In this document: positions 51,917 through 64,000 of the stretch, piece by piece
Layout of the letters: every line of letters begins with the position of its first letter
Position numbering within the stretch: the first letter of the stretch is position 1
From: Marsupella aquatica
Taxonomy: Eukaryota > Plantae > Marchantiophyta
Length of the DNA: 64,000 nucleotides
NCBI GenBank assembly: GCA_973895155.1
Contig: OZ316899.1
Location: 14,139,934-14,203,933 of the forward strand
Reading direction: 5' to 3'
Program-made: the position numbers and the translations under genes
Notes under the pieces: model-generated
Told to the model about the DNA's origin: nothing
What the model saw: only the letters and a program-made list of their open reading frames with translations
The model's database searches: none

Positions 51917-54064
51917 TTTTTTTTTCATGATTTTATTAGATAGTGACCACGAAAACCCCGTGGCAAGGAAGAACAAAAAGAGTGATCCCATAACACACAA
52001 TCAACCACCCCACCTGGAGTGCGGCAACAACAACATGTGATGAAAGCCTAGAGCCTAGGCTGTCAATCTCAAACATAGGGATCTCAAGACAAGCAAACCC
52101 CATTGGCCAGAGAAAGTCCTATCTAGATGTAATCCAGATCTGTTGGCTATTCAACCAAACTATTCTTTCCTGTATAAGTATCTCCTTCACTCGTAGCAAT
52201 CGTGTATGTCGTCTACTCGGGGGCACACACAGGCCCACCGTCGATGCATGGTCAGCAGCTTCTAAGAGAATAAAGCGAAGATCGAATGTCCTAAAGCCAT
52301 TGGCCTGAAACACGTGCGCATTCCTACTCTGCCATAAGGACCATAGAATCTGATAGAACATAAATAGCTTTGCAATTGTGCCAGGGTCTTCCTTAGCAGT
52401 GAGAAGCAACAGCTCAAGTATCCTATCCGCATCTCGGGGGGGTCACTTCCATGGAAGTGGCATATCATGTGCGACGAAGTATAGGGCCATTTAAATGGTT
52501 TTGGCGGAAGACTTATTAAGTCTTCTATGGAAATATAGGGTTGTTTAATTGCAAAATGCATACGTGTCATCACATGATTGGTGTGGTACAACTTTTTAGA
52601 AAGTAAGTTAGGGGGGTCATAAATGACCCAAACCGTCGCACGTGATGTATGACCCTTCATATAGTGACCCCCCCGAGATCCGCATAATCAGTAAAGGTAC
52701 CTGCGAAACACGCTGTAGCTAATGACCAACATCTCTTGGCATGAGTACATTGGGAGAAAAGATGGGGGATAGTTTCTACTGTTCCACTGCACAGTTTACA
52801 GTACCCTTCTCCTTTGTCAATGCGCTTGGCTCGCACCCTGGTAAAGAGACCTGAAGCCAATATCCTCCAAATAAACGTCTTAGCACGGGAGGACAGATCA
52901 GAGCTCATCATGCAACCATCTATTGCGCTGACCTTCCGTAAGAACTCCCTGCAGCAAGCTTTCTCAAACAAGGTGAAGCCTCGGAGGTGTTCTAGCTGCT
53001 CATACAAATTGCGCCATTCATTCCGTTCAGTAGACCATAAGTCTTGGATGCCTCTTATACCCAGTCGGCCACACAGCACAGTAATGACCTCAAAATTAGT
53101 GTTGGGCCAAGATTGGAAACCGATGAGACAGCGGAGGGTGTCCGTGGTGTTCCACCTGCCAGGCATCGTGTCAGTGGGAGCAAAGATCAGGTGGGAGCGA
53201 AGCTGCGCCCACGCTTTCCACAAGCCTCCAGTATATGAAAGTCCATTAAAGGACCGAGGGCTACATAATAACATCTTGTCCTGAAATGAGTACTTATTCC
53301 TACGTATCCACTTATAGTTCATCCAACCCACGAGTTTCAGATTTTCTGCAAAGAGACAGGCCCATTCAGTATCAGGGCTGTCCATAGCTCCAGTGAACCA
53401 TTTGGATAATAAAGCATCGGAGTGGCTGCAAAAATCCTTCAGCCCGAGACCCCCCAACAGCGTAGGTCTGGCCATTCTGGCCCAAGAGACAACCGGGATC
53501 CTCTTGCCCCCCGCCGGATTGTATCCCCACAAAAAGTCCCGACAGAGCGCTATCATTTTCTTTGCGAGTCCCTCAGATGCTCTTAGAAACATGGAGTGGT
53601 AAATGGGGATAGCCTATAAAATGTGTCTAACCAGGAGTGTGCAACCTGAGAAGGACAGCAATTTATTCGCCCAGGAGGATAAACGGCTGCCTATTTTGTC
53701 AAGAACAAATCGATGCAATTGATCCGTCTTCAAGTCCACCCCCAAGGGGGCACCAAGATACTTTTGTAGCTCTCCTTTGTGGCTAATCACACAGCCTGTA
53801 TTCGACAGCCCCCTCAGAATCGTATTCATTGCCAGTGGGATAACAATGGATTTCCGTAAATTGAGTCTTGCTCCAGTTGCAGTTTCATAGCAATGCAAGA
53901 CTGATGTGGCCATTTCAAAGCTCCTCAGTGTGGCAGGGATAAACATTCCCATGTCATCCGCAAAAGGCCTATAACAAATTGTTAGCTCATCCGAGATTGT
54001 TATCCCCAGTAGTCTTCCAGCCTCAAGCTCAGCGTCCATGAGATCCATGAGAGGTTGAGTGGAG
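51917..54064 (-). mobile_element. 5'-truncated L1-clade LINE (RT C-terminus, zf-RVT, poly-A)
   Basis: STQPLMD, PFADD, KYLGAPLG, GGLGLKD, CKLC...ETIPHLFSQC, LWSLWQSRN. AATAAA and an A9 tract on the minus strand at ~51937-51917. Confidence 0.9.
52433..52677. mobile_element. 245-bp MITE inserted in the LINE
   Basis: Perfect 15-bp TIR CTCGGGGGGGTCACT extending imperfectly to ~60 bp; perfect 8-bp TSD ATCCGCAT. Removal rejoins FTDYAD-RILELLLLTAKED in frame. Confidence 0.93.
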
Positions 54065-55490
54065 ATAACAAAGAAGAGCGTATTGAAAAGGCGTATCTAA
54101 AAGATCAGTTGGTGGCTTTACAGAAGTGGAAGGTGACGGAAATCAATCGACAGAACAAACAATTGGCTCTGACAGAAAATTCGAAGAAGAAAAGTAGTGG
54201 TGATAAGGTCTGCTTCATATCTCTTGGCCTCTCATATCTCATACTACAATAGATTCTCAAGGGAGTTTCTGATCGTATTGTGGTGGAGCCGTGATTGTTT
54301 GCAGTGGGGAAACAGAGCTTACATTTGGAATGTCAGCAGAACTTACAACAAGTCAAAAATGCCAAGCTAAAGTGGGTACAAGAGAATGAATTGGATTCAA
54401 TAGGGAGATAAATGCTCTAAACTATAGTTTAATTCTTTCAAAGATAGAGCTAACGCCATTTAATTAGAAGGCCTGTATGACATTCAGGGTCAAGTGCAGA
54501 AGGATTGGAATTCTATGGCACAGATTGCTGCTTTCTTCTAAAACATTCTCCGATGGACGAAGAGTTGAATAAGATCCTGGATAAGGTGTCTACATAGATC
54601 ATTGCTGAAGAAAGAGCGGGCTTGGAAGCTGAGTTGTCTCTGGAAGAATTAGTTGCTGCTACGAAAGCCCTAGGAAAGTACAAAGCCCCTGGTCACGATG
54701 GGATTTCGGGCACATTTAGGGCCTATATTACTTGCAGGAATCAAACATGGTGTTCAACAGGGGGCAATTCAATAAGTATTGGTTGAAGGGATTAATCATT
54801 CTCCTTATGAAGAAAGGGGATGAACTCAAAATCAAAAATTAACAACAGACCCATTTCCTTGTTGACGGTTTTTTACAAAGTGGGTACTTAAAGTGTTTCA
54901 ACTCAAGACGGTTCGAATCCTAATCAAATTATCTTGCATCAACAGTACGCCTATCTTCCCGGTAGATCTATCCATAATACCTACTCACTAATAATACCAT
55001 GCAACTCCATGTCTTCCTCGGATCCATATGTGTGCCTCAAATTGGATGTCACTAAATCCTTTGACAGTGTGCAATGGTTGTTCATTGAGAAGTTGTTCAT
55101 TTGAGAAGCTGATGGATAAGATGGGATTTGTGGTGTTCTTTATTGGCTTCTTCCGGGCCATTACTTGTAATGCGTCGTCTGCCATTATGATTAATTAATG
55201 GACGAGTTACAAAATCTTTTGCCATCACAATTATATCCGCCAGACAAGGATGCCCGATATGTCCATTATTCTTCATTTTGGCTATTCAAGGTTTGGATGG
55301 ACTTTTAACGGAGAAAATCTCTGAGGGACTATTATCCGGTGTACGCTTCAGGTAGGTGGTTTCACAGCTTGCACATCAATTGTATGCAGACAACACTTTG
55401 GTTATTGTGAAGGGAAATCGTGATAATATCAATAGATGTAAGGAATACTTTGATGCTTATGCTGTGGCATCTGGTTTAGCCTGTGACTGG
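54065..55490 (+). mobile_element. Heavily degenerate second LINE RT fragment (different family)
   Basis: KAPGHDG, RPISLLTVFYK, QQYAYLPGRSI, LKLDVTKSFDSV, RQGCPICP and HQLYADN, spread over several frames. Confidence 0.85.
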
Positions 55491-55513
55491 ATCTTTTTTT
55501 GGATCTTTTTTGG

Positions 55514-55783
55514 CAATGTCAAAGCCACGGGAAAGTTGTGGCACTTCAGATTGGGTCACATCATGAGTGAAAAAGGGTTGGTTATTCTTCAGAAAAAATG
55601 ATTATTATTTACTTTCTAATTTAAGTTAGAATTCTGTGAGCATTGTGTGCTTGGAAAGCAACACAGGAAACCCTTTGGAGTTGGAACTCACACCAGCAAG
55701 GAGGTACTTGAGTATGTACATAGTGATGTGTGGGGACCAGCCCCTACTCCCTCACATTCTGGATGAGTTTACTATGTGACGTT
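55514..55783 (+). mobile_element. Ty1/copia gag-pre-integrase and integrase-start fragment
   Basis: LWHFRLGH, CEHCVLGKQHR, LEYVHSDVWGP, YYVTF; truncated where the LTR begins. Confidence 0.9.
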
Positions 55784-58714
55784 TGTGATGCCTAGACAGG
55801 AATCACTCGGCCAGTTAAGTGGGTAAAGCAGGAAGGCACCCTAGGAACACCTTAGTATAGGGACAAAACAAGGAAAATATAAACAATTAGGGGCAACCAT
55901 GGAACCCGGGCCGAGGCCGGAGGTAAGGACGCTGAGGGTGAAAACTCGATTAGGGTTAGGGCGCGTTAAGCGTCGGCGGCTAGGAAGGATCAACGGGAAG
56001 AAGGACCGGCAGAGGAGAGGGGTAGGGAGCGCTTGCAGGAGATGGTGGCTCATTTGCGAGCACGAACTAGGCAGACGACTACGGGAGGCCAACTACTGTC
56101 AGCTGCTTAGGCAAGCACTCGAGGAGAGAGTAGATACCGACGATCGACCTAAGGAGGGTATGAGCAACGTCAATCAAGCGGCACATTTCTGGGGATGCCT
56201 GTTCGAACGGGCAACTGAGTACATCAAGACTTACGAGGACGAGGAATCAGAAAGGGCAGCTCGAGAACGGCAGGAGCTCGCTCGATTGTGGGAGCTGCAG
56301 AAGACAGTTTTCTTAGGAGGCGAACTCATCAAGGACGAGTTCCTGTGGACGCCTACTTCCAATCAACTCGATGATCTTCTGTTTTGCAAAGACAACGTCG
56401 TCGGCATCCGAGAGGCCATCAAGAACTGCAACGACATACACTGGGAATTAAAGGGTAGCACGGAAAGGTGGACCCAGGCAACGGTGCTAGGAGAAACCTC
56501 CACGGCAGCAGAGATGAAGAGGAAGGGAGCCGTCAACGATGAAGCCACCCCGGCAAGAAGGACGAGGTCATTCGGCGGCTTAGGAGGATGGAAGCCGAGA
56601 TTGAAGATCTAAGGGCGGCCAAGAAAACCCAAGATGAACTGCGGATTAAACGGCATGAGCTGAACATCATGCAGGGGCAGTTGGACACCGCGCAGGCTGA
56701 TAATCAGAATATCAAGGAAAAACTGACTCAGACGCAGGGAGAGTTGGCCGACACGATCAAAGAGAGGGAGAAGTGGAAGCAAGAGCTGAAGAATACAGAG
56801 GAGGCCCACATAACAGCCAACAGCCGGGCCATGGCGGAGACCCAAAGAAAGGAATGGGCGTTGAAGGGGGAGCTCGAGAAAATCCGCGGAGCCCTTGAGC
56901 AGAAGGAGGCCGAGTTAGGGAAATCCTATCAAGGGATTATGGCGCTGCAGCAGGAGCTTGCGTCCCTGACGGCCAGCTTCAAGGCCGACCTAAGGGAGAA
57001 GGACGAGATGCTTGAACAGACTTACGCCAAGATGAACCAGATAGAGTCTGTCATCATTGCAGAGCTCGACAAGGAGCTAAGAGCAACCCGGGAGGAGAGG
57101 ACTACCTTGAAACAAGAACGGGAGGAAGCCCAGAAGGAACTAGAGGAGGCACGCAAGGACCTGGATGAGACCCAGGAGGAGTTGGAGGAAATCACGAGGA
57201 AGATGGAGAACCTCCAGCGGCGGGCCGACAACCAAACGGAGCGGCTGAAGAAACAAGCCGCAGTATTTAAGTGCTTGTCTTCATCAGGCCCAACTCCAAT
57301 TGGGGCAACCAAGTTACCAGGAGTGGTACTGGCCGAAGAAAAAGCCGCGCCACCTGCACCAGTGCCGGAAGTAAGTGGGAAGGGGAAGGGACCAGCTGCC
57401 GAACCAGAAAAGAAGAAAAAGCGGAAACCTTCAGGGTCAAGGAGTAATCCGACTCCACAAGCCGTGGTGACCAAGGAGGTAGAACCAGCACCATCCTCCG
57501 GCATGAATACGGCAATAGATCCCGCTATCATCACAGGTGGGGGTGGTGCGGCCCAAGCCGAACTACTCAGTAATGAGGCCGGTATTCCAGATCCGCCTCT
57601 TGAGCAGGCCGGGGAGACCGTAGCCGAGGCTGAGGCCGTAACCGATTCCCGAGCCGATGCCAACGCCGATGGTGGACCCAGTCAGGCCGATGGAGAGTTG
57701 ACTCAGTCAAGGGCAGGTAATCTGTCAGAAAATGAACCTACGGCAGTGGCTGAGGAGGAAGCGTTGGGGGCGTCCATTAAGGATCCACCACCGGTGTCGT
57801 GACGGTGCAAGGGCGCCGTTCCTTTTAGGGAGGGCGGACGTGGAGGGAGGAGGCGTGAGTGGGCAGGGCGGGCGCTGATCTCCAAGTTTAAGATTAGGAT
57901 CAGGACCAGGAGCGGCCCTGACACTTAGCTTAGTGGGATTGCGGTCCCACTGGTAGGAGCAACACTTGTGCTCCTGCCTTGCTGTACATAGGTAGATTCG
58001 GGCAAGTAGATTACTGTTAAGTAGATTAGGCTTACGATGCAAAGAATGGCGGATCCACTACCAGGATAAGTACCTGGGCAGCGGGGAGCTCAGGGCCTCT
58101 TCTTTAGCAAGTTTTTAGTTTGCACCAGCCGGGCTGGGATCAAGTAGTACGAGAAGCTCTCGGTTAGTCATACAGTGACCCTTGTGTATATTCATGTTTC
58201 CTCATGCCTAAGAGCTGAATAGAGTTGGCCTCACGGCTTAGTTCGCAGAGCTTGTGTATGAGATGTACTGTTTGTATGGCAAGTGCATGGTATGACTCAG
58301 TCAGAATGAGTCATTTTGCTATTTGTGTGTCGCATTAACTTGTGTGAAGAGTGCCCACATCAACCAAAAGGAAGGAAAGTAAGCAGGGGAGTGAGAGTTG
58401 GATGTGTCAAGCTGAGAGAGGTCTTAGCGGCTTAACCAAGCCTATTGGGGATCATTCCGACGGCGGAATCCAAACATACCTAACAAGACGGAGGGGAAGA
58501 CAGGGGAAGGCCTAGATTAGGCCGGCTACGTATCTCATGACCCGATGAAGGATCTGTCCAGTATATGTGTGTAAAATGTTAATAGTAGTAGTAGAAGGTT
58601 AGCAGCGTCCCATGCCGCTAAGCCGCGGAAACGGCCTCGCCAAGCGCGAAACCTGCGGGAATCGGCTTGAGCTGGGGGGTTTCTTGGGTTTAGGGAGCCA
58701 TGGGACGCACCACA
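55784..58714 (+). mobile_element. Putative 5' LTR (2.93 kb) of a Ty3/gypsy element
   Basis: Starts TGTGATGC where the copia sequence stops and ends GCACCACA (imperfect inverted termini), followed by a PBS and gag. The right end is firm; the left end is inferred. Confidence 0.65.
55899..57802 (+). pseudogene. Internally deleted copy of a retrotransposon accessory ORF (long coiled coil) inside the putative LTR
   Basis: 56329-56569 matches the reverse complement of 64000-63753, and 56553-56911 matches the reverse complement of 62036-61678. About 1.73 kb is missing between them. Confidence 0.8.
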
Positions 58715-58718
58715 TTTT

Positions 58719-58736
58719 TGGCGCTAGATGGAGGGG
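58719..58736 (+). promoter_or_regulatory. Primer binding site TGGCGCTAGATGGAGGGG
   Basis: Follows the LTR-terminal CA after a 4-T spacer and precedes the gag ATG by ~50 bp; resembles the PBS of non-chromovirus (Tat-like) gypsy elements. Confidence 0.75.
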
Positions 58737-58783
58737 GCATTTCTTAAGCCGTGAGATATGAAGTTAGAACGGAAGCGTAGGTA

Positions 58784-61677
58784 ATGACTGACCTTACGCC
58801 GAGGGAAGAAAGAGTGATTCAACGGGAGAGAGCTCGACTGCAGCAGCTCGCCGGGTGGCATGATACACATCGACTGAGAGGGGCAGAAAGAGCTGGTAGC
58901 TCCGAAACTGGAAGTGGCGTCAAAGAAGACATACCAGAAGAAGAGTCGATAAGGAGAAGTGAGTCTCCAACCGACATGGGGGAACCAGAGGCACGGCCAG
59001 ACGAGAGGCCAGGGACCAGATTGAGCCAGCGGTCGCGCATACATTACAAGGCATTTCATGGGAGAGGAGATGAGGATCCGGACGAATGGTTGGATGATTT
59101 CGAGGGAACCGCTGCAGCAAATGGAGAATCGGCCATCAAGATGCAGATTCTTCCCGGCCTGTTCAAGGGTGAGGCTAGGCCTTGGTACAGAGCATTAGAT
59201 GTGGAAGATCAAGCCATCTGGGATATCTTCAAAACACTCTTTGTTAAGGAGTTTCGACCAATTGGAACTTCAGAACTAGCAGTGCTGAAGTTGGGACGAC
59301 TTCGGTTCAAGGAGAATAAATCCTTCAGGAAGTTCTTGCAACGCTTTCAAAAACTGGTAAGACGTACAAAGACCAATGCATCTGAAGGTATGCAACTTCA
59401 ATGGTTGGTGAATGCTTTGCCACAGAAGATGAGTTTTGCAATTAGGAAGGAGAACCCGGAGACTTTAGCCGAAGCAATTAAGGATATTCAATTATACATT
59501 AATGCAGATATCACAAGCCGGAAGAAACAGCTTAAGTCTGAGAGTTCCTCATCAGAAGAGGGATCACCCCATAAGAAAAAAGATAAGAAGAAGAAACATT
59601 CTAAGAAGTCTAGAAGTGATAAGTCAAGCTCGGATAGTGGGAGTAGCAAGAGTGAGTCATCTTCTAGTTCTGAAGAAGAAAAAACTACCAAAAGGAAGGG
59701 CAGAAGGAGAGGGAAGACGAAAGTCAAGCTGGAGGCTAAGCCACCAGATAACATCATAGCCCTTACCGAGCAACTTAAGGCTATCATTGCAAAGGTAAAA
59801 CCGAAGAAGAAGGTAGTACAGGAGGATAGCTCTGTATGGTGTGCCTTATGTTATAAAACCGGACACCATAAAGATGCGTGTCCTAAGCTTAATACTAATC
59901 ATGTTCGGCATGTGGCCGAGATCAGACCATGTCAGGGAGAAGTAGAGTACTTTTTAGGAGATGCCGCTGATAGTGTTTTCGGCATCAGTGAGACTGGAGC
60001 ACGAGACCTATCCAACAGACCTGCATCTCTATGGTCAGGGTTAAGGAACAACACAGGAGAGATGTATCCTCGGATTATTCAGAACCCGTCAATACCTCCT
60101 AGGCCGAATGTGCAAAGATTTGCGGCATGCTATAATTGTGGTCAACCTGGCCATTTTGCTAGAGAATGCCCGAATGCACGCAAACAGGGTGATGGACAAC
60201 CAGCTCAGCTATGTATGGGATGCCGACAGGAAGGTCATATGCTAGGGCAATGTCCTACTTGGTTGGCAGGCCTGGCCGCAAATCATAAACTTTTGCCGGT
60301 CAAGATCTTACCGCCAGGTACTACCCCCGGAGGAGTTCAAATCAACCACATCGAACTAGGATGGCAAGAGGATGCCGAGGCAGAGTTCGTACCATCTGAT
60401 GATGAGGCCGAAGCCCTATCAACCTTCTCAGAGGAGGATTTAGATCATGATTGCTACCGAGTCTCTACTCGATCTACCAGAAGGAAGGAAAGGTGGGATG
60501 GGCTGGCCAAAAATAAAGGGAAGGTTACGGAGGAAAAGATCGACTCTTCGTCAACATCAACGGAAGGAGAAGGGAGGGCTCCGGCAATACAGGTAAGCCA
60601 TGAGCCCACCAGTGAACCCAATCCTTCACAAGATAGCGACTTCAATCGAGATCATCCTAAGTTGTTCTACCCCTCTGTTACGACTAGTGTTAAGGAACAA
60701 CTAAGAGAATTAGAAACCCTGGAGAATACCGAAGCCATTGCCAAGGATGTAAAACGAGCAAAAGCATTGTTTGCTTCGGAAGACCCAACAGCTGTGGAGA
60801 CTAGCGTGGCAAAACTGGCCGAATCCAAGACGGAGACACCACCAGAGGAGAAGCCGATTGTTCCCTATGACCTGGCTAAAGATGTACTAGAATCTAGAGT
60901 CTCGGCAACAGTAGGTCAACTATTGAAAAATAGCCCGTACTTCCGGAAGCAATTAAGGAAGGCTATTCTCGGCAAGCCGAGATTACCCAAGGTAGCAACC
61001 AGATCCGACGTACTAATGATAGAAGAAGATCAAGGAGCCCCAGCATTACCATTAATGATTCAAGGAGAATTATTACTACGGGTACCCATCGATGGAGGAT
61101 CAGGGGTATGTATTATGATTGATTCAACAGCAAAAGGGTGGGGTCTAACACCGGAGATGACTGGAAGAGTGTTGAACATGGCCAATGGATATCAGGTCAT
61201 TCCCACGGGAGTGTTAATCGGCATCAAGACAGAGATAGGAGGTATCTTCTTTAGCATTAACTATGTAGTAATGAAGCCGGTAAATCCTACGTCATTCCGG
61301 CTATTGATTGGTAGGCCATGGCTGTACCTAGCCGAGGTAATAGAAGATTGGGGTAAAAAGCAGTTCACTTTCGGGACCCCCTCTATCACGGTATCCTGGG
61401 ACACTAAGGATGACCGTAGGAAAAGCATAAGGGAAGTAGATGGGTACGACAGTGGATTGGAGTCAGCCGATGAAGTACGTTGGTTAGAATGCCTCACTGA
61501 CCTAACCGAAGAAAGTGTCTTTGGACCAGAGGTACCCCCCAGCGGATTATGGCAAGAACCAATGGAAGGTGACTTGGAAGAAGAAGACGAAGAGGTCGAG
61601 GACTGCTTTACAATAGAATCCACCTTTTTAGCTGCAATTCCGGAGGAAGTAAAGGATGTAGACCAATTGGATGAAAC
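58784..61677 (+). CDS. Ty3/gypsy Gag-protease polyprotein, truncated before RT
   Basis: FHGRGDEDPDEWLDDFE capsid motif; three CX2CX4HX4C knuckles; protease PIDGGSG...LLIGRPWL. Sequence switches to an inverted segment at ~61678. Confidence 0.92.
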
Positions 61678-64000
61678 GGCCTCCTTCTGCTCAAGGGCTC
61701 CGCGAATTTTCTTGAGCTCCCCCTTCAACGCCCATTCCTTTCTTTGGGTCTCCGCCATGGCCCGGTTGTTGGATGTTATGTGGGCCTCCTCTGCATTCCT
61801 CAGCTCCTTCTTCCATTTCTCCCTGTCCTTGATTGCGTCGGCCAATTCTCCTTGGGTCCGCGTCAGTAGATTCTCGATCATCCGATTATCAGATTGTGCG
61901 GTATCCAACTGGCCCTGCATGATATTTAGCTCATGCCGCTTAATCCGCAGATCATCTTGGGCTTTCTTGGCCACCCTCAGGTCCTTGATTTCGGCTTCCC
62001 TTTCCCTAAGCCGACGGATGACCTCGTCCTTCTTGCTTCTTTCCAAGGCCACCGCTTCTTCCAATTGGCGCTTCTCCAACATCTCCCTCTGGAAAAAGGG
62101 TCCCTGCTCCAACTCCTCCCCAAATATGCTGAGCGCCAGTTCTCCACACATCTCCCCGTACTCCATGGCTCTGTCTTTAGCATAGTTGGAGGAAGTAGAA
62201 GTCATCGGCATCATCCACCGCGGCCTCTGCTCCCAAGCCGTCTTGCGAATCTCTTCAATCGTGGCTAGAGGGTTTGCTTCCTTTTTTGGCTAGCCGCTTG
62301 ATGTCCTCCGGCCAATCTCCTCCTGGAAAATCCTTTTCTCTAGCCAGGGCTGCCTCCTCTTCCTGCCTGATTCGCTCCTGAAATTCCTGCGCCGTCTATT
62401 TTATGCCGTCAAAGCTCGGGGGAGCAACATCTGGTGGGGGAGACTCAGGGCTACTCTGCTGGTTGGGGTCCCCTCGTACTACCCTTGGAAGTGTGGGGAT
62501 AAACCGGCCACAGGTCCTTACTCATGGAACGTGATGGTCCGACCCATAGCCGGAGTTATCATGGCTGCAATCCTCCACTGCCTCCTCTACTTCTTGGACT
62601 TCCGGCTTCTCCCTCTCCTCTTTGGCCGTAGGAGCTTCAGGCAATTCTGCCTCAGATTCAGAGCTTGAGACTCCCACGTACATTCGAACACCCGGCTTGG
62701 ATTCTGGCCTGATTCTCTCCTTGTCTCCAGTAAAGGGGTTTTCCCTTGTAAGCCGGTGTAGGCCTACCTCTGGAGCAGTGTCCTGCATTGTTGCCGTTGC
62801 CATTGTCGTTGCCAATGCCGATCTCTTTTCTTTCTCCAGTAGTTTCAGCAGATTCTGCATGCCTGGTTGCTGCATCGGCAAGTCCTCCGTCCTTGGCCTA
62901 AACACCTGCTCGATCGTAGGGCTAACAGGTGGTTGAGGCTTCTCTGCTACCGGCCTCGGTGCTGGAGCTTCCTCGGGTGCCCTTACCTGCAGGGGAAGTA
63001 CTAGGGCAAAGGTCTGACCTCTGGCATACCGGCACAACAGCGGCATGTGATAGCCAAGCCGCGACACGCTCCCCATGCCGATTACCTGTTGCTCCTCCTT
63101 TAAGATCTTCTTCAATTGGTTGAGGAGGTACCCGTTGTAGTCCCGGCTTGGGTCTGGCCTCTCTGCCAGATAGACCTGTGCCTTGCCGATCTCTGCCCTC
63201 GGCAAGTTACAGTGCATGGTCACCCGCAAGAAGTCGATCATCTCTCCTATGTGTGGGTTGGTGCAGGTGTTCCGGAAGAAGCCATTCTTCGTTGATGGCC
63301 CGGGGAACGACCGGAACTCCTTGTCAGGCAAGGTCTTCCTGGTATCAACTTTGGTCTTATTGCCTATCGGCAAGCCAAACACTTCGGCAATCACCTTGGG
63401 AGTAAGATAGAAATCCTTCCCATATATCCTCGTGCAATTGGTCTCGGGTTCCCATGACCCCACGAATTCTAATAGGTCTGAATCCGGCACCTCTGGCTTC
63501 AGCCATGGTAATCTTACAAAGGCCTCTAAGCCGGATCCGGCCATGAAGCCTTGGTACTTCTTGGTCTGCATGGCCGTATAACATGCATCCTCCTCCCGTG
63601 CAAAATGTAGTTGCACCTCCACCGGTAGGGTTGCCGCCCAGCCTTTCCAGGTGTCATCCCTGGTTGGAATGGCATTGATGGGATCGACCTCCTCCTCTTC
63701 GGCTTCTCCCTGCCTCTTGCTCTGCTGCTCGGCTGGCTTCCTTGGTGCCACCGACCTCGTTCTTTTTGCCGGGGTGGCTTCATCGTTGACGGCTCCCTTC
63801 CTCTTCATCTCTGCTGCCGTGGAGGTTTCTCCTAGCACCGTTGCCGGGGTCCACCTTTCCGTGCTACCCTTCAATTCCCAGTGTATGTCGTTGCAGTTCT
63901 TGATGGCCTCTCGAATGCCGATGATTCTGTCTTCATAAAACAGAAGATCGTCGAGCTGATTGGAAGTAGGAGTCCACAAGAACTCGGCGTTGATGAGTTT
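61678..64000 (-). pseudogene. Fuller copy of the accessory ORF: plant-mobile-domain/Transposase_32-like region plus coiled coil (partial at both ends)
   Basis: SGLEAFVRLPW...LLEFVGSW...RIYGKDFYLTPKVIAEVFGLPIG resembles PMD-type retrotransposon accessory proteins. Stops at 62522 and ~62397; frameshift at ~62282. Confidence 0.7.

Noticed and set aside
52262-52660. 132-aa ORF within the LINE
   Set aside because: Mostly spans the 245-bp non-coding MITE.
51917-55490. Twin-priming 5' inversion of one LINE (back-to-back LINE pieces at ~54064)
   Set aside because: The pieces overlap around the FADD/YADN region but are very different in sequence and decay, so they are two families.
57022-57663. Antisense ORFs (57022-57663, 26717-27019, 31170-31655, 49568-49912 and similar)
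   Set aside because: Shadows of coding sequence on the other strand; no independent motifs.
58784-62185. 1133-aa ORF as one real protein
   Set aside because: The last ~170 codons are read-through into the antisense strand of the inverted segment. The 61261-62214 ORF is chimeric in the same way.

Overview
Transposon-saturated land-plant nuclear DNA (TTTAGGG repeats, GT-AG introns, plant TE families). No ordinary host gene is recognisable. The core is a nest of two CACTA/En-Spm elements. The outer, decayed 26.9-kb element (20929-47837, TSD TTA) has its TnpD-type transposase split by a younger 16.55-kb element (23714-40266, TSD TAA); removing the insert restores the reading frame. Upstream of its own TnpD and TnpA, the inner element carries a co-oriented row of small uninterrupted cargo ORFs: an EDM2-like triple-PHD protein, a tandem-BRCT protein, an F-box-only protein and two unknown ORFs. 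The outer element carries a damaged SET-domain exon. Together these suggest a transposon-encoded chromatin/repair toolkit, possibly an anti-silencing system; that function is inference. The flanks hold two diverged copies of an unknown long-ORF family, copia and LINE remnants, a solo LTR, two MITEs, interstitial telomere repeats, and a Ty3/gypsy element whose apparent 2.9-kb LTR contains a protein-coding gene. Domain calls come from motif recognition by eye; no searches were run.
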